A stretch of DNA of 64,000 nt from a bacterium (GCA_963675295.2 CAXXKJ010000002.1:3520001-3584000); one strand, 5' to 3'. Counted from the first letter of the stretch, positions 29,626 to 39,712 are shown. Translations and numbers: made by a program. The notes: generated from the letters alone by a model not told the origin.

Positions 29626-31149
29626 TTACCGCACGTCAGCGGTCACATTCCACGTATCTGGTTTGATCCGCAGGGTGTAGTCGGACGGACGCGGTACGAC
29701 ACTTATGTCCGCAGGCTGCTCCTCCGCAGGCGAATCCACCACCGTCAACTCGAAATGGTGCTGAAACTGCGGGTTGGGGTAATCGCCGACTCGCACGATG
29801 TAGTTGTACCCGCCCAACGGCGCGTCCAACGGCACACCCTGGCGAACCGTCGCGGTGATGTGCCCGTTCGCCGGGATCTCGAGATCTGACCACAACGCCA
29901 GCGCGCCACTCAACGACCCGTCCGGCTTGCGCGCCTGCACCCAGACGTCGCGTGTCACCGGCGACGCGGTGTTGTTGCGCACCTCGCCGTACCAGTAAAA
30001 CACCCCCTGCCGCCGGATGAATAACGGCTGGCGGTAGGCTTCAATGTTGATTTCGACGTCGGTCGGGGGGAGAGTGAAATGCGTGACGAAGGCGGACAAC
30101 CGATTGAATAGTTCGTTTCCACATCTTCCACAGACAGCAAATGAGGAGTCGCCAGTGATTTCTACGTCTACCATTCGTTGTTGAAACACAGGTGGATTGT
30201 TGAACTCGTAGCCAAACACATTGATAAGCTGTCCAGACGCATCATACCAATAGATACTGCTGACTTCGGGGTCTGTTTTTTCCACATTTATGATGGAACC
30301 ATCACCCATTTCCAGTGATTGACCATACACCCCTTCACTCATGAACATGAATTGGCCTTCATTGTCGAATTTGACCGCACCTATTCTACTATCGTTGTTT
30401 TCGATGTATCCAGAAATTATAAACCCGCCATCAATCAAATATTCAATGTTTGCAGGACTTGGAGTATGCGCATCAGTGAATATATAATTTGTAATCCATT
30501 CCTGCCCTCCTGTATGATTAATTTTCATTATTACAAGCTCGGTTGCGAAATGTCCTGTCGCTATAATAAATCCACTATCCGCAGTAACTGCTACATCCGA
30601 ATTTGAATCGAAGAAATCTGGATACTCAATCGTGATTGACCAAACAGTTTGGCCCCATCTATCCAATAAATGCAGTTCAGGATCACTATTAGCATTAACA
30701 ATGGGCACTACGATATTATGGTCGCCTGCCGAATGAGATTCTCCAACGTATCCGTCAAAAAACCTCAGCCATTTGAATTGATAGTTTTCATCCATATATC
30801 TAACCACGCCATTACTAGTGTTCGGATTTGTCAACAAAATATAGTTCCCATTAGAATCTTCTTCTATATGCGACCCAATAGATACTGAAGAATGATTAAT
30901 ATGCGATATGTAGCCTCCATCTAGATCAAGTTTGATAGCCAAAAAACGGTAATCAAAATATCCTGAGTACTCATAGCCAACGACCGTCAATCGTTGATCA
31001 GATGTAAGTTCCAGTGAATTTGCAGAACTCACAAGGTTGAAAGAATCGTTAAATATGTACTCCCAGTCAGTTATCAATTGGGCTACAGCTGATAATGTAA
31101 ATAGTAGCAAAAGCATGGTTACTAGTAGCACAAGTCTCCGGAATTTCAT
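29626..31149 (-). CDS. Secreted beta-propeller-like protein with the shared Ig-like domain but no complete sorting domain
   Basis: Start MKFRRLVLLV (SD GGAGG); AT-rich N-terminal two thirds; GC-rich C-terminal 'DVWVQ..PDG..G...VP..AP.G.Y....G.YP'; no PNPFN. Confidence 0.8.
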   Translation of the reverse strand: MKFRRLVLLVTMLLLLFTLSAVAQLITDWEYIFNDSFNLVSSANSLELTSDQRLTVVGYEYSGYFDYRFLAIKLDLDGGYISHINHSSVSIGSHIEEDSNGNYILLTNPNTSNGVVRYMDENYQFKWLRFFDGYVGESHSAGDHNIVVPIVNANSDPELHLLDRWGQTVWSITIEYPDFFDSNSDVAVTADSGFIIATGHFATELVIMKINHTGGQEWITNYIFTDAHTPSPANIEYLIDGGFIISGYIENNDSRIGAVKFDNEGQFMFMSEGVYGQSLEMGDGSIINVEKTDPEVSSIYWYDASGQLINVFGYEFNNPPVFQQRMVDVEITGDSSFAVCGRCGNELFNRLSAFVTHFTLPPTDVEINIEAYRQPLFIRRQGVFYWYGEVRNNTASPVTRDVWVQARKPDGSLSGALALWSDLEIPANGHITATVRQGVPLDAPLGGYNYIVRVGDYPNPQFQHHFELTVVDSPAEEQPADISVVPRPSDYTLRIKPDTWNVTADVR

Positions 31150-31315
31150 ACCCGCCTCCGCGTCAAGTTTGCCTCTCAATATGATACAAAACTTGCATCC
31201 AAAAAAGTCAGATAGTACGAACAACGACTTTGTTGCGGACAGCTCTCGCCCGTGCTGGTTCGACAACGCGGGTCATCGGTTACCCGTTTCGCTTCGTCGC
31301 CAAAACCTGATCGAC

Positions 31316-31352
31316 GCAAAAAGACCACGGACACTAGTTCGTGGTCTTCTCT
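31316..31352 (-). terminator. Rho-independent terminator (possibly bidirectional)
   Basis: AAAAAGACCACGGAC-acta-GTTCGTGGTCTT. Confidence 0.65.
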
Positions 31353-31412
31353 CTGGCAATTAGCTTGTATGTTCATCAACCGGTGTTTGCCCATGGCTGC
31401 AAGGATCTGGAA

Positions 31413-31484
31413 TCAGGCCCTATACTTGCGTTTGGCGTTCGGTGTTCTGGCTTTGGTCTTGGTGTTGGTTTTTGTTTTGCTCAT
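31413..31484 (-). CDS. Possible 23-aa Lys/Thr-rich peptide MSKTKTNTKTKARTPNAKRKYRA
   Basis: ATG preceded by GAGGTG/GAGG; terminator downstream; too short to confirm. Confidence 0.3.
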   Translation of the reverse strand: MSKTKTNTKTKARTPNAKRKYRA

Positions 31485-31512
31485 GCCTCACACCTCATCC
31501 CTCACACCTGCC

Positions 31513-31776
31513 TTAATTGACCGACGGTCCCTGGGCGGCGCGGAGCCAGGCGGCGGTGACGGCTTCAGCCTGCCGGCGTGCGGTCTCCGAGCTGGACGGA
31601 CGTTGCGGGCGTGCGAGCAGTTGTTGCGGAACGGCGTCGAGGAAGCTGTCCGCCTGTCCGAGGGTCAATTGTTGGCCGTTTTCCAGCGGCAGAAAGCCAG
31701 GCGCGGGCAGGATAGTGTTGCGGCGCATGGTCCGTGGCAGGGTGCGCCGGCCAAAACGACGGTTGCGTGATCTCAT
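31513..31776 (-). CDS. Hypothetical Arg-rich small protein (87 aa)
   Basis: SD AGGAG before ATG; stop followed by GGTGTGA-type heptamers, as seen after other genes here. Confidence 0.4.
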   Translation of the reverse strand: MRSRNRRFGRRTLPRTMRRNTILPAPGFLPLENGQQLTLGQADSFLDAVPQQLLARPQRPSSSETARRQAEAVTAAWLRAAQGPSVN

Positions 31777-31965
31777 CAGTCGGGCTCCTGTCGACAGGTG
31801 AACGTCTTCGGTCGTCGGGGCGGATGATGGATTTGAGCTCGGCGGGAAGAACAGATGCTCGTTCCCAATGGGCCAGGGGAGGCGTTGGGATCGGTCACCA
31901 CGTTCGACGGGTTTCCCGCCGATGCTCTCCTCCATTCCGCACTTCTCTCATCGGCAACCTGAAGT

Positions 31966-31993
31966 GGAACTTGAGCCTTTCTTTGCTCTCCGA
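31966..31993 (+). promoter_or_regulatory. Possible ECF (sigmaE/AlgU-type) promoter
   Basis: GGAACTT-N16-TCCGA about 160 nt upstream of an outer-membrane protein gene. Confidence 0.3.
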
Positions 31994-32153
31994 GCTAATG
32001 AAACCTGAAGTAATGATGCAGACACTGGTTCTGAGGGAACCGAACATCGTGTCCCGCATGAACGAACTAGACCTGCTCGGGGGGAGCTACCGTTTCGGGC
32101 GGCGTGGTACCTAGATTGTGTCAGACGATTCGATCCTAACGTGAAGATCCGCC

Positions 32154-33677
32154 ATGTTGCACCGTACCGTACTGCTGGTTCTGTTGCTGTTGATTTTTAT
32201 CCTGCCTCCGCACGCCGCTGCTCAGGAACCTCTGCTGCAGCAATCGGTGAAGAAGCAGTTGTTCCTGTTTCCGCTGACGTACAGTCACGTTTCGCGCGAA
32301 TTCAAGTCCGAACAACGGCGATATTTTGAAGCGGAACTGATGCGTGAACTGGTTTACAACTTCCCGCGGTTCGCGTTCTACGAGATGCCCGCCGACGCCA
32401 ATCTGGACGACTTCCTCGACAACGCCAACGACTATCTGCTCGAACATGCGCAGGAGATCAAGCAGAAGCGTGTTGACACCGGCGGACGCTACGGCGAAGC
32501 GCCGATCACGCTGGACGATCTGAAGCAGATCGTGGAAAACGGGTACGCGTTTGTTCCCCGGATAACGCGTGCGAAGTTCGAGAAGAACTCGTGGGATATT
32601 GACGCCGAGCTCGACATCTATCGCACGTACGATCAGCATTTTGTCGGCACGCTGACCGGATCGACGGACAGCATGGGTGGGTTGATGTCGTTTTCGGTGC
32701 AGGATGTGATCGAGTCAATCGATGACAAGGATGACCGCAAGCCCGGCCAGAAGCTGAAACCGTCGGAGATTGCCGACCAGTTCCGGCGGCGGTCGGACGG
32801 TGTCGTGCAGGAGTTGCGGACGAATGTGAAACGGCACGACGAGTTCGCGATCAAGGCGATTGTGACCAAGCCCGGCATTAATGAATTCACGTTCAACCAG
32901 GGCAAGGATCTCGGGGTTGAGCTCGACAAGCGGTACAAGGTGTGGTCAACCAGCGATCCGACCGAAGAGGGCAGTGTGCTGCTCGCGTTCGGCAAGGTGC
33001 GTGAGATCCGGGACGGCGAGTCGGACTTGCAGGTGTTGATCGGCGGCTGGGATCTGACATACGCAGACCAGGTGGTGGAGGACGCGCGGTTCGGGATCAA
33101 CATCAAGCCGGTGTTCGGTTTCCTGCCGATCAGCCGCAGCGGGTTTGAACCGTTCAACGAGCACCAGGTCAACATCCGCGAGATCCACAACGAGGATGAG
33201 CTGCAATTCCCTGACGACGGGCGCGCTTCCGAATTCTGGTTCGGCGCGGGTCTGGAGACGGATCTCGCGCAGTGGACCGGTTTTTCTGAATTCTACGTCG
33301 TCGGCGAGGCGGGCCTGGTTGGCGGTCTGCCGCACACCTTCACCAGCCACTTTAACGTCGGTTTCGCGAAGAAATACTGGTTCCGGCGGGTGGCGTTAAC
33401 CCTGTCCGGCCGGTACGGAATGCTGCTGATCAACTTCAGCGACGTGGAAAAGATCGAAGTGGACGGGGACGACCTCAGCGTCGGCTCGGTACACGGCCTG
33501 ATGGCGATGGCCGATCTCGAGATGCTGCTCAACCCCGATTGGGCGATCCAGGCCGGTGTTGGCTACAGTATGATGCCGGAACAGACGGTGTTCTCGTCCA
33601 AGCGTGACGACGGTTACGAAGCCCGCATCGGCATGACGGGGTTGACGTTCCGGTTTGGGGTGTTGTTCAGTCTCTAG
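32154..33677 (+). CDS. Hypothetical outer-membrane protein (CsgG/FlgT-like N-terminal part plus C-terminal beta-barrel)
   Basis: Signal peptide; 'FTFNQGKDLGVELDKRYKV...GKVREI' FlgT_C-like segment; terminal GLTFRFGVLFSL. Confidence 0.7.
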   Translation: MLHRTVLLVLLLLIFILPPHAAAQEPLLQQSVKKQLFLFPLTYSHVSREFKSEQRRYFEAELMRELVYNFPRFAFYEMPADANLDDFLDNANDYLLEHAQEIKQKRVDTGGRYGEAPITLDDLKQIVENGYAFVPRITRAKFEKNSWDIDAELDIYRTYDQHFVGTLTGSTDSMGGLMSFSVQDVIESIDDKDDRKPGQKLKPSEIADQFRRRSDGVVQELRTNVKRHDEFAIKAIVTKPGINEFTFNQGKDLGVELDKRYKVWSTSDPTEEGSVLLAFGKVREIRDGESDLQVLIGGWDLTYADQVVEDARFGINIKPVFGFLPISRSGFEPFNEHQVNIREIHNEDELQFPDDGRASEFWFGAGLETDLAQWTGFSEFYVVGEAGLVGGLPHTFTSHFNVGFAKKYWFRRVALTLSGRYGMLLINFSDVEKIEVDGDDLSVGSVHGLMAMADLEMLLNPDWAIQAGVGYSMMPEQTVFSSKRDDGYEARIGMTGLTFRFGVLFSL

Positions 33678-33724
33678 GCTGCGGGCCCTCGTCTTACGTT
33701 CTGGGCTGTGGGCTGTGGGCCGCA
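33677..33724 (+). repeat. Degenerate GGGCTGT heptamers after stop
   Basis: ggctgcg ggccctc ... gggctgt gggctgt gggccgc. Confidence 0.55.
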
Positions 33725-33729
33725 GAGAT

Positions 33730-33824
33730 GTGTCATTCTGAATGGAACGCAGTGAAATGAAGAATCTCCAGATACGCGAATGGTCGGATAATCTGGAGAT
33801 CCTTCACTTCGTTCAGGATGACAC
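33730..33824. repeat. Palindromic MITE/REP-like element
   Basis: GTGTCATTCTGAA...TGAAGAATCTCCAGAT / ATCTGGAGATCCTTCA...TTCAGGATGACAC nested inverted repeats. Confidence 0.8.
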
Positions 33825-33926
33825 ACAGGTCGCAATGGTTACGGTGGACAAGTATCCCGCCACGTGAGCTGGTTGACGCAGACGCATACCTTCACGTGTG
33901 GCTGAAGCCACACGCTAACCACGCGT

Positions 33927-34120
33927 CACCGCTACACGGTGAGAACTACGCCGCGCGGTGGGTCGCATCGCGGTCACCTCAGCCATCCCTTTTACCGCTA
34001 CGTGGTGCAGTACGATGCAAAACCCCGCTTTTTCCTGCGTACGATAATCCTGACCAGCAAGCTGGTCAGGGCAAACACCCGATACCCGCTATGCGGTGAG
34101 AACTATGCTGCGCAGTGGAT
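33927..34120. repeat. Dispersed hairpin repeats CCGCTA..CGGTGAGAACTAYGCYGCGCRGTGG
   Basis: Copies at 33927-33963 and 34084-34120, partial at 33993; related sequence at about 48228. Confidence 0.7.
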
Positions 34121-34125
34121 GGTAC

Positions 34126-35079
34126 CTACGCGCTGGCTTGTGTCGTCGTCTCCTCTTCCACGCCAAACACGACCGGTGGGGCGAGCTGCTCGGGGAACCG
34201 CTTCCGCAGTTCCTTCCGTGCCTTGTAGCACAGTTCGCAGGCGTCGAGGTAATCCCCTTTCAGATCGAGGTTGTATTCCTTGACCAGTCCGGCTGGACCG
34301 CTGCGTGCAAGCGGGCCGATGATCGGATGGGCGAAGGGTTCATAGTCGGCGAGAACGTGCGCCAGCGGCTTGTTCTTCATGTTTCCGATGACGACACCCT
34401 GGCAGGTGAAGAGGTTGCCGTAGCCATCGAGGTGGACACGTCCGAGGTCGGTCCAGTTTTCGTCCGGGCATTCGCTGAACTCCATCCACGGCCGGCGTGG
34501 CAGCACCGGATCATCCGCCAGTTTTTCCGCCGCGCGTCCCCGGAAGCGTACTCCCCCACCGAGGATCGGCTCGCCCTTGATCTTGTCATGCTCAACGACG
34601 CACGGCTGATCGATGGCAATCGAGCTGACCTCGATGCCCAGGCGTGAAGCCGCCTCGCGCGCATGCTCCGCCGGACTGTCGAACCCGCCGCCGTGGTACT
34701 CGTCATCGCTGACAGATAGGCTCAGCTTGGATGCGAAGCCGGAATCGTCTTCGTCGAAGATCTGTTTCAACGGACGCAGGTATTCCTCGGCGTCCTCAAC
34801 GGAGGTGGCGAAATAGCCGTTGCTGACGAGTGCGACGTCGAGACCGTAGTCCACGGCCTCCCGCACCGCCCCGAGCAGGATCGGGTAGAACAGGAACGGT
34901 TCGCCGCCCTCAATGGCGATGTCGCTGAAGCCTCCCATCTCCGCCGCCTGACGGATGGCGGATTTGGCGAAGTCGAGCGTCATCGTGCCGCGCGCCCGTG
35001 GGGACGACTGTACGAAGCAATGATCGCATTCATAGGTGCACTGGTAGGACAGCAGCAGATGCAAACCGGTGAGGTTCAT
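34126..35079 (-). CDS. Radical SAM protein
   Basis: CTYECDHC; EGGEPFL; SNGYFA; C-terminal Cys cluster (CP..., CQG, ACELC). Confidence 0.9.
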   Translation of the reverse strand: MNLTGLHLLLSYQCTYECDHCFVQSSPRARGTMTLDFAKSAIRQAAEMGGFSDIAIEGGEPFLFYPILLGAVREAVDYGLDVALVSNGYFATSVEDAEEYLRPLKQIFDEDDSGFASKLSLSVSDDEYHGGGFDSPAEHAREAASRLGIEVSSIAIDQPCVVEHDKIKGEPILGGGVRFRGRAAEKLADDPVLPRRPWMEFSECPDENWTDLGRVHLDGYGNLFTCQGVVIGNMKNKPLAHVLADYEPFAHPIIGPLARSGPAGLVKEYNLDLKGDYLDACELCYKARKELRKRFPEQLAPPVVFGVEEETTTQASA

Positions 35080-35220
35080 CGCAAACTCCATCTGTTGGTT
35101 CACGGATGGAACTGCTTTGGTGGTTCGTTTAATGTAGCGAAGGAAAATCCTAAAGAGCCGAAACGCGCCGGAAAATAGCAAATCCGACGCGTTCCCTCCT
35201 GCAGAGGATATGCGCGACCC

Positions 35221-37269
35221 CTACTTGATCAATGTCAGTTTCCGCAGCACAGGTGCGTGTCCGGCCATATGCACGTGCGCGAAGTACATCCCGCTTGCCA
35301 GACCATTTCCGTCAATCTGGATGCGATGATGCCCGGCGGAATACGTGCCTTCGGCAAGCTGTTCGATCTCACGGCCCATCACGTCGTACAGGGTAACGGT
35401 CAGTTCGCCGGTCGCCGGTAACGACACCATCAACTCGGTGCTTGGATTGAACGGATTTGGCATCGCCTGCGATACCTCGAATCCGGTTGGAAGTTCCGAC
35501 GGATGCTCCTCACTCACGCCCGCCGTGGCCTGAACAATGACCGTCGTGCCGTCGAACGCTTCCAGTTCAACCGGCGTTTCCCCGACCTTGAGCCGGAAGA
35601 CACAGGTGCCGTCCGGATAGCTGATCGGGATCGCCTGCACCTGGTTGCCGAGGTTGTAGGCATTACCCGGGGTTAACGTAATCGGACCAAACACCTGGAG
35701 CGGGCCGAAGAACGTACCGTCCGGCCACACCATTTCGGTCCAGGCGTAGACCGTAATCGATTGGTTCAACGTGTTTTCGATGTTTGCGTTCCAGGTGAAC
35801 TCGTCACCCGGCGCAAGAATCACCGGGGTCGCGGAGGTGGTCAGGTTGACCGTCATGTTCTCCGCTTCGTCTGGGTATTCAAAGTTGACATGCACCAGCG
35901 GCTTCCCGGCGATGTCGAAGTTGAGGTACCACTGGTTGCCATCGGTGAGCATGAACGCAGGCGGCATCTCGGCGTTTTCAACGATCACCGGGTCACTTGT
36001 GTCGACCGGGATGGCGAAATCATTCATGCCGTGAATAACGACGGACACCGCGTGGTTCACGTTCAGGGCTGGCGAAACGATCGGGAATAGATTCCACCCT
36101 TCCATTACCGGACCGCTGTAGCTCCAGAACTCGCTAAAGTTACTGTTGAGATAGGTGTAGGCCTTCAATTCGACATTGTCGTAGTCGTCGAGGAAGTAGA
36201 TGTTTGCACAACTGGCGACTGCACCTTCGACGGGCGGCTTGAACATGATCGACAAGCCATTGCCGTCGGCGATTGTCTCGCTGGATTCGTACGAGCCGTC
36301 ATCGTAGCTGAGCCAGTCGCGCGGATCGACAACCTGTTGGAACAGGACAAACTCGTTGTTGGCCGGGTCGTCGGTACCATCACCAATGACGGTCATGGTG
36401 GCGGTGTAGTCACCGACCGCAGTTGGATTCCACTCGGTTGGGGTGGTGAAAGTGTAGCTCGAACCTGAGGCAAGTGTGGGTACATCAACGGTTGAGGTGA
36501 ACACGGTTGAACCGCCACTGTTCGTCACCTCGATAGTGCAGTCACCCTGCGGTGACGAGGTGGTGCCGGCGTTGAGAATCCGGCCTTGGAATGCGATGCC
36601 GTTCTCTGTCGTGACGTGGTAGCGATTCTGATCGTTCCAGGTGCGATACGCGACGAGGTCGTAGATCCCCGCGCCGTATTCCCCACCGGCTTCGATCACC
36701 CAGTCGCCTTGGCTGTCCAGTGAGAATGGACCGCCGCCGGCGCTGGACGCGACGAGGTTGGATCCGGACGATCCGTCCGTATCCTCGCAGACATTCCAAG
36801 CGAACACGTTCGCCGTGCCGACACTGATCCAGAACTCTTCGTTGGCGTCGAAAAACAGCACATCTTCACCTGGAAGCTCGAGTTCGAGCCAGACCGTCGT
36901 CGCTGTAACAACCTCCCGCGACACGGTACCATTGTAAGCCAACAGTTGGCTGCCGGGAGATCCGCCGTCATCGGCGTAGACACGAATGGTCATCGAGTTG
37001 ACTTCGGTGGTGTACTCTTCAATGAGTACGCGGGCGCCGCGCAGAATGAAATCGTCGTCCGGAATGAACCGTGTCAACGACCATTGCGGGTTGAAAACGG
37101 CTTCTGTCATCACCCCGGCGCCAGGGAAGCTGTGGTTGGCCAGTACGACGTCGAATTCATCGATCTCGTTGGTCGAAAATTCGCCGGGACCGACGTTTGC
37201 GAATGATGGAGTTAGAAGGAATAAGAACGCGATGGTGCAACTGAACACAAGGGTGGCAGGAAACTTCAT
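35221..37269 (-). CDS. Secreted multi-beta-sandwich (CARDB-like) protein with Ig-like domain and T9SS-like CTD
   Basis: Signal peptide; DD.ANN CARDB-like end; MPNPFNP...SGMYF...RKLTLIK; SD GGAGG. Confidence 0.88.
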   Translation of the reverse strand: MKFPATLVFSCTIAFLFLLTPSFANVGPGEFSTNEIDEFDVVLANHSFPGAGVMTEAVFNPQWSLTRFIPDDDFILRGARVLIEEYTTEVNSMTIRVYADDGGSPGSQLLAYNGTVSREVVTATTVWLELELPGEDVLFFDANEEFWISVGTANVFAWNVCEDTDGSSGSNLVASSAGGGPFSLDSQGDWVIEAGGEYGAGIYDLVAYRTWNDQNRYHVTTENGIAFQGRILNAGTTSSPQGDCTIEVTNSGGSTVFTSTVDVPTLASGSSYTFTTPTEWNPTAVGDYTATMTVIGDGTDDPANNEFVLFQQVVDPRDWLSYDDGSYESSETIADGNGLSIMFKPPVEGAVASCANIYFLDDYDNVELKAYTYLNSNFSEFWSYSGPVMEGWNLFPIVSPALNVNHAVSVVIHGMNDFAIPVDTSDPVIVENAEMPPAFMLTDGNQWYLNFDIAGKPLVHVNFEYPDEAENMTVNLTTSATPVILAPGDEFTWNANIENTLNQSITVYAWTEMVWPDGTFFGPLQVFGPITLTPGNAYNLGNQVQAIPISYPDGTCVFRLKVGETPVELEAFDGTTVIVQATAGVSEEHPSELPTGFEVSQAMPNPFNPSTELMVSLPATGELTVTLYDVMGREIEQLAEGTYSAGHHRIQIDGNGLASGMYFAHVHMAGHAPVLRKLTLIK

Positions 37270-37390
37270 CTTGATTCTCCTCCAGGTGAAATAATGGATT
37301 ATGGCTGGCTGATAGGTACGTCCTATCCTCCGGTTTGAACTGCAAATAGCACATCCAGAACGCGCGGATTATTTGCTCCGCAACGTTTGT

Positions 37391-39454
37391 TTACTTGATC
37401 AGGGTAACCTTCCGCAAGACCGGCGCGTGATCGTTCGCGAGCACAGTGACAAAGTAGACGCCGCTTGCGAGTTCGCGGCCATCCACGGTCACCACCAGTT
37501 CGCCCGGTGCATAGTGTCCATCAGCCAGGGTCTGGACTTGCCGGCCAAGCACGTCAAACAGCATCACCTGCAACTGAGACACCTCGCGCAGGTTGATCCG
37601 CAGTGAGGTGAGCGGGTTGAATGGATTCGGGCTCGGCTCACTGACGGTAAACGCCGACGGTTGCTCGGCGTGACTGGTTATCGTTTCGTCGACGGCCACC
37701 TCGATACGGGCGTTCACGTTGAATGCGTTGAACGTCGCTGTAACCGTCGGATAATCGCCGACATTCATCCGGAACATGTATAGCCCCTCCGGGGCGCTGG
37801 CCGGGATCAACTGGTCGGAGTGTGGCAGCTCGAAGGGCGTATTCGGCACGAGCGTTACATTATTCTGCAATTGCAATGGTTCGAAATGGTCGCCGTTCGG
37901 CCAGGTCATTTCGGTCCAGACATCAACGGTGTAGATCGTTTGCAATGAGTTGTAGATCGTTCCCGAATAGCCGAACGATTCGCCCGGCTCGATGTAGGGC
38001 TGTGTTTCATCCGGGACCAGCTCCAGATGCAGCAAGTTGTCAGCGGTTGGATGCTCATAGAGAATCTGCACCAGCGGCTTGCCCGGCAGGTCCGGATCCG
38101 GTGTCCACGTCGATCCGTCTGTGAGGAAATAGCTGAACGGCATGCGATCATTGGGGATGATCAGCGGTTCAGCGGTGTCCACCGGGACGTGCAAGCCGGA
38201 CTCGTTCTCGAGTACGACGACGATGCTGCCGGTGCTCAGTGGCGGTGAGGCGAGCGCGAACCGCATCCAGCCGCTGTCCACCGGGCCGGCATATTCCCAG
38301 AATTGGCTGAAGGTAAAGCTCTGGAAGGTGTACGCTTTCACTCGAACGGCGGGGTATGCCTGGTCAAACCAGATCCGCGCCTCGGCGGATTTTGCGGGAT
38401 GCTGGGCCGGGATCATCAACACACCGAGACTCTGTCCCAGCGGCATGTCGTAGATGTCTTCCATTGTCTCATCGTCAAAGCTGTAGTAGTCCCCGGTGTT
38501 GATCACCTGCTGATAGAGTACCGTCCGGTTGTTGCTGAAATCGACATCTCCATCGACAAGCACGATTACGGACGCCATATACTGCCCGCCAGCCGATGCC
38601 GACCAGGACTCGTCGAATACGAGTTCGTGCACACCGTTTCCGGGCAGCGGATTGAACGCCTCGGTAGTGCTGAAGATGAGCTGGCCGAGCATGTTCTCGA
38701 CCGCGAGGCTGCAGGTGCCACCGGGAGCCGGAGTGTCATTCAGGTTTTCCACTTCCACACTGAATTCGACCGTTGAACCGGCCTGCAGGTGGTATTTCCC
38801 GTTGGTGTTCCACAGTTGCGATGCGCGCAGGTCGACATTCTGCCAACTGGTTGATCCGCCCGCCGCGAGGATCCAGTCGCCGCTGCTGACAGAGTGGTTC
38901 GGGCCGCCGTTCATTCCGTCACCGGTCCAGCTGAGTCCGGCGAGGCCATTATCGTCCTGCACGACTGTCCAGTCGTTGTAATCTGGCACTTCTACGCTGA
39001 TCCAGAAGATGGAATCTTCCTGGAACACCCACCAGTAGGGTGCGCTCATCGGCACTTCCGCCCAGACCAGGTTGTCGATTTCGACGATGCGGATCACATC
39101 GTCGTTGTACGTGAACAGGAAATCGCCCGGGGTGTTGTTGCCGGAATCTTCGTAGACGTGGAAGGTCAGGGAAGAAATCTGCTGGTTGCCTTCCAGCACC
39201 AGCGCCCTGATTCCCTGCAGGTAGAAGCCTTCGGTGCAGTGGAACTGGGTCAGCACATACTGCGGAGTGTGTTCGTTTTCGGTCTGGTAGCCAGCATCGG
39301 GATAGGAATGGTAGGCGATGGTGTCGTCGAATTCCTCGAGATCATCGAGGCCACGGTGATATGCCTCTGCCTGAACCGGACCTGCCCAGACGGACAGTGC
39401 CAGCAGCAGTAGCAGAGTCAGGATCCGATTTAGAGGTCGAGACAAATGGGTCAT
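37391..39454 (-). CDS. Tandem paralog of 35221-37269
   Basis: Collinear motifs (EFD...H.S.P.AG, GDW...AGG, YDD/FDD, GKPLV, WTEM.WP.G, PNPFNP, APVLRK.TLIK); start MTHLSR. Confidence 0.88.
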   Translation of the reverse strand: MTHLSRPLNRILTLLLLLALSVWAGPVQAEAYHRGLDDLEEFDDTIAYHSYPDAGYQTENEHTPQYVLTQFHCTEGFYLQGIRALVLEGNQQISSLTFHVYEDSGNNTPGDFLFTYNDDVIRIVEIDNLVWAEVPMSAPYWWVFQEDSIFWISVEVPDYNDWTVVQDDNGLAGLSWTGDGMNGGPNHSVSSGDWILAAGGSTSWQNVDLRASQLWNTNGKYHLQAGSTVEFSVEVENLNDTPAPGGTCSLAVENMLGQLIFSTTEAFNPLPGNGVHELVFDESWSASAGGQYMASVIVLVDGDVDFSNNRTVLYQQVINTGDYYSFDDETMEDIYDMPLGQSLGVLMIPAQHPAKSAEARIWFDQAYPAVRVKAYTFQSFTFSQFWEYAGPVDSGWMRFALASPPLSTGSIVVVLENESGLHVPVDTAEPLIIPNDRMPFSYFLTDGSTWTPDPDLPGKPLVQILYEHPTADNLLHLELVPDETQPYIEPGESFGYSGTIYNSLQTIYTVDVWTEMTWPNGDHFEPLQLQNNVTLVPNTPFELPHSDQLIPASAPEGLYMFRMNVGDYPTVTATFNAFNVNARIEVAVDETITSHAEQPSAFTVSEPSPNPFNPLTSLRINLREVSQLQVMLFDVLGRQVQTLADGHYAPGELVVTVDGRELASGVYFVTVLANDHAPVLRKVTLIK

Positions 39455-39651
39455 TGACCACATCCCCTCACCGTACTCCTCCACAAGTATTCCCAACGTA
39501 CGGGAAAACAGGGCGATCCACCATGAGCACGAGCACATTGATACGAAATTTGTGCCCTCGTGCAGGCGGGATCGCGGAATACGGTGCATTGATCGCAGTT
39601 GCATAGGCTCGGACGCACTTCCCGGCTCACTGCACGAGTTTGATAGTACAC

Positions 39652-39680
39652 AAAACGGCCCGCAATCTACGGGCCGAAAA
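39652..39680 (-). terminator. Terminator after iorB
   Basis: AAAA-CGGCCCG-caatcta-CGGGCCG-AAAA. Confidence 0.65.
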
Positions 39681-39712
39681 GTTCGGAGAGCCACTTTAAA
39701 CCAAACATGTAC

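Noticed and set aside
31765-31920. Hammerhead ribozyme (CTGATGAG on the minus strand)
   Set aside because: No stem II followed by GAAA in the required arrangement
31930-32020. Glycine riboswitch (GGAGAG and two CTTCAGGT on the minus strand)
   Set aside because: Lacks the CCGAAG core and the expected stems; no glycine-related gene downstream
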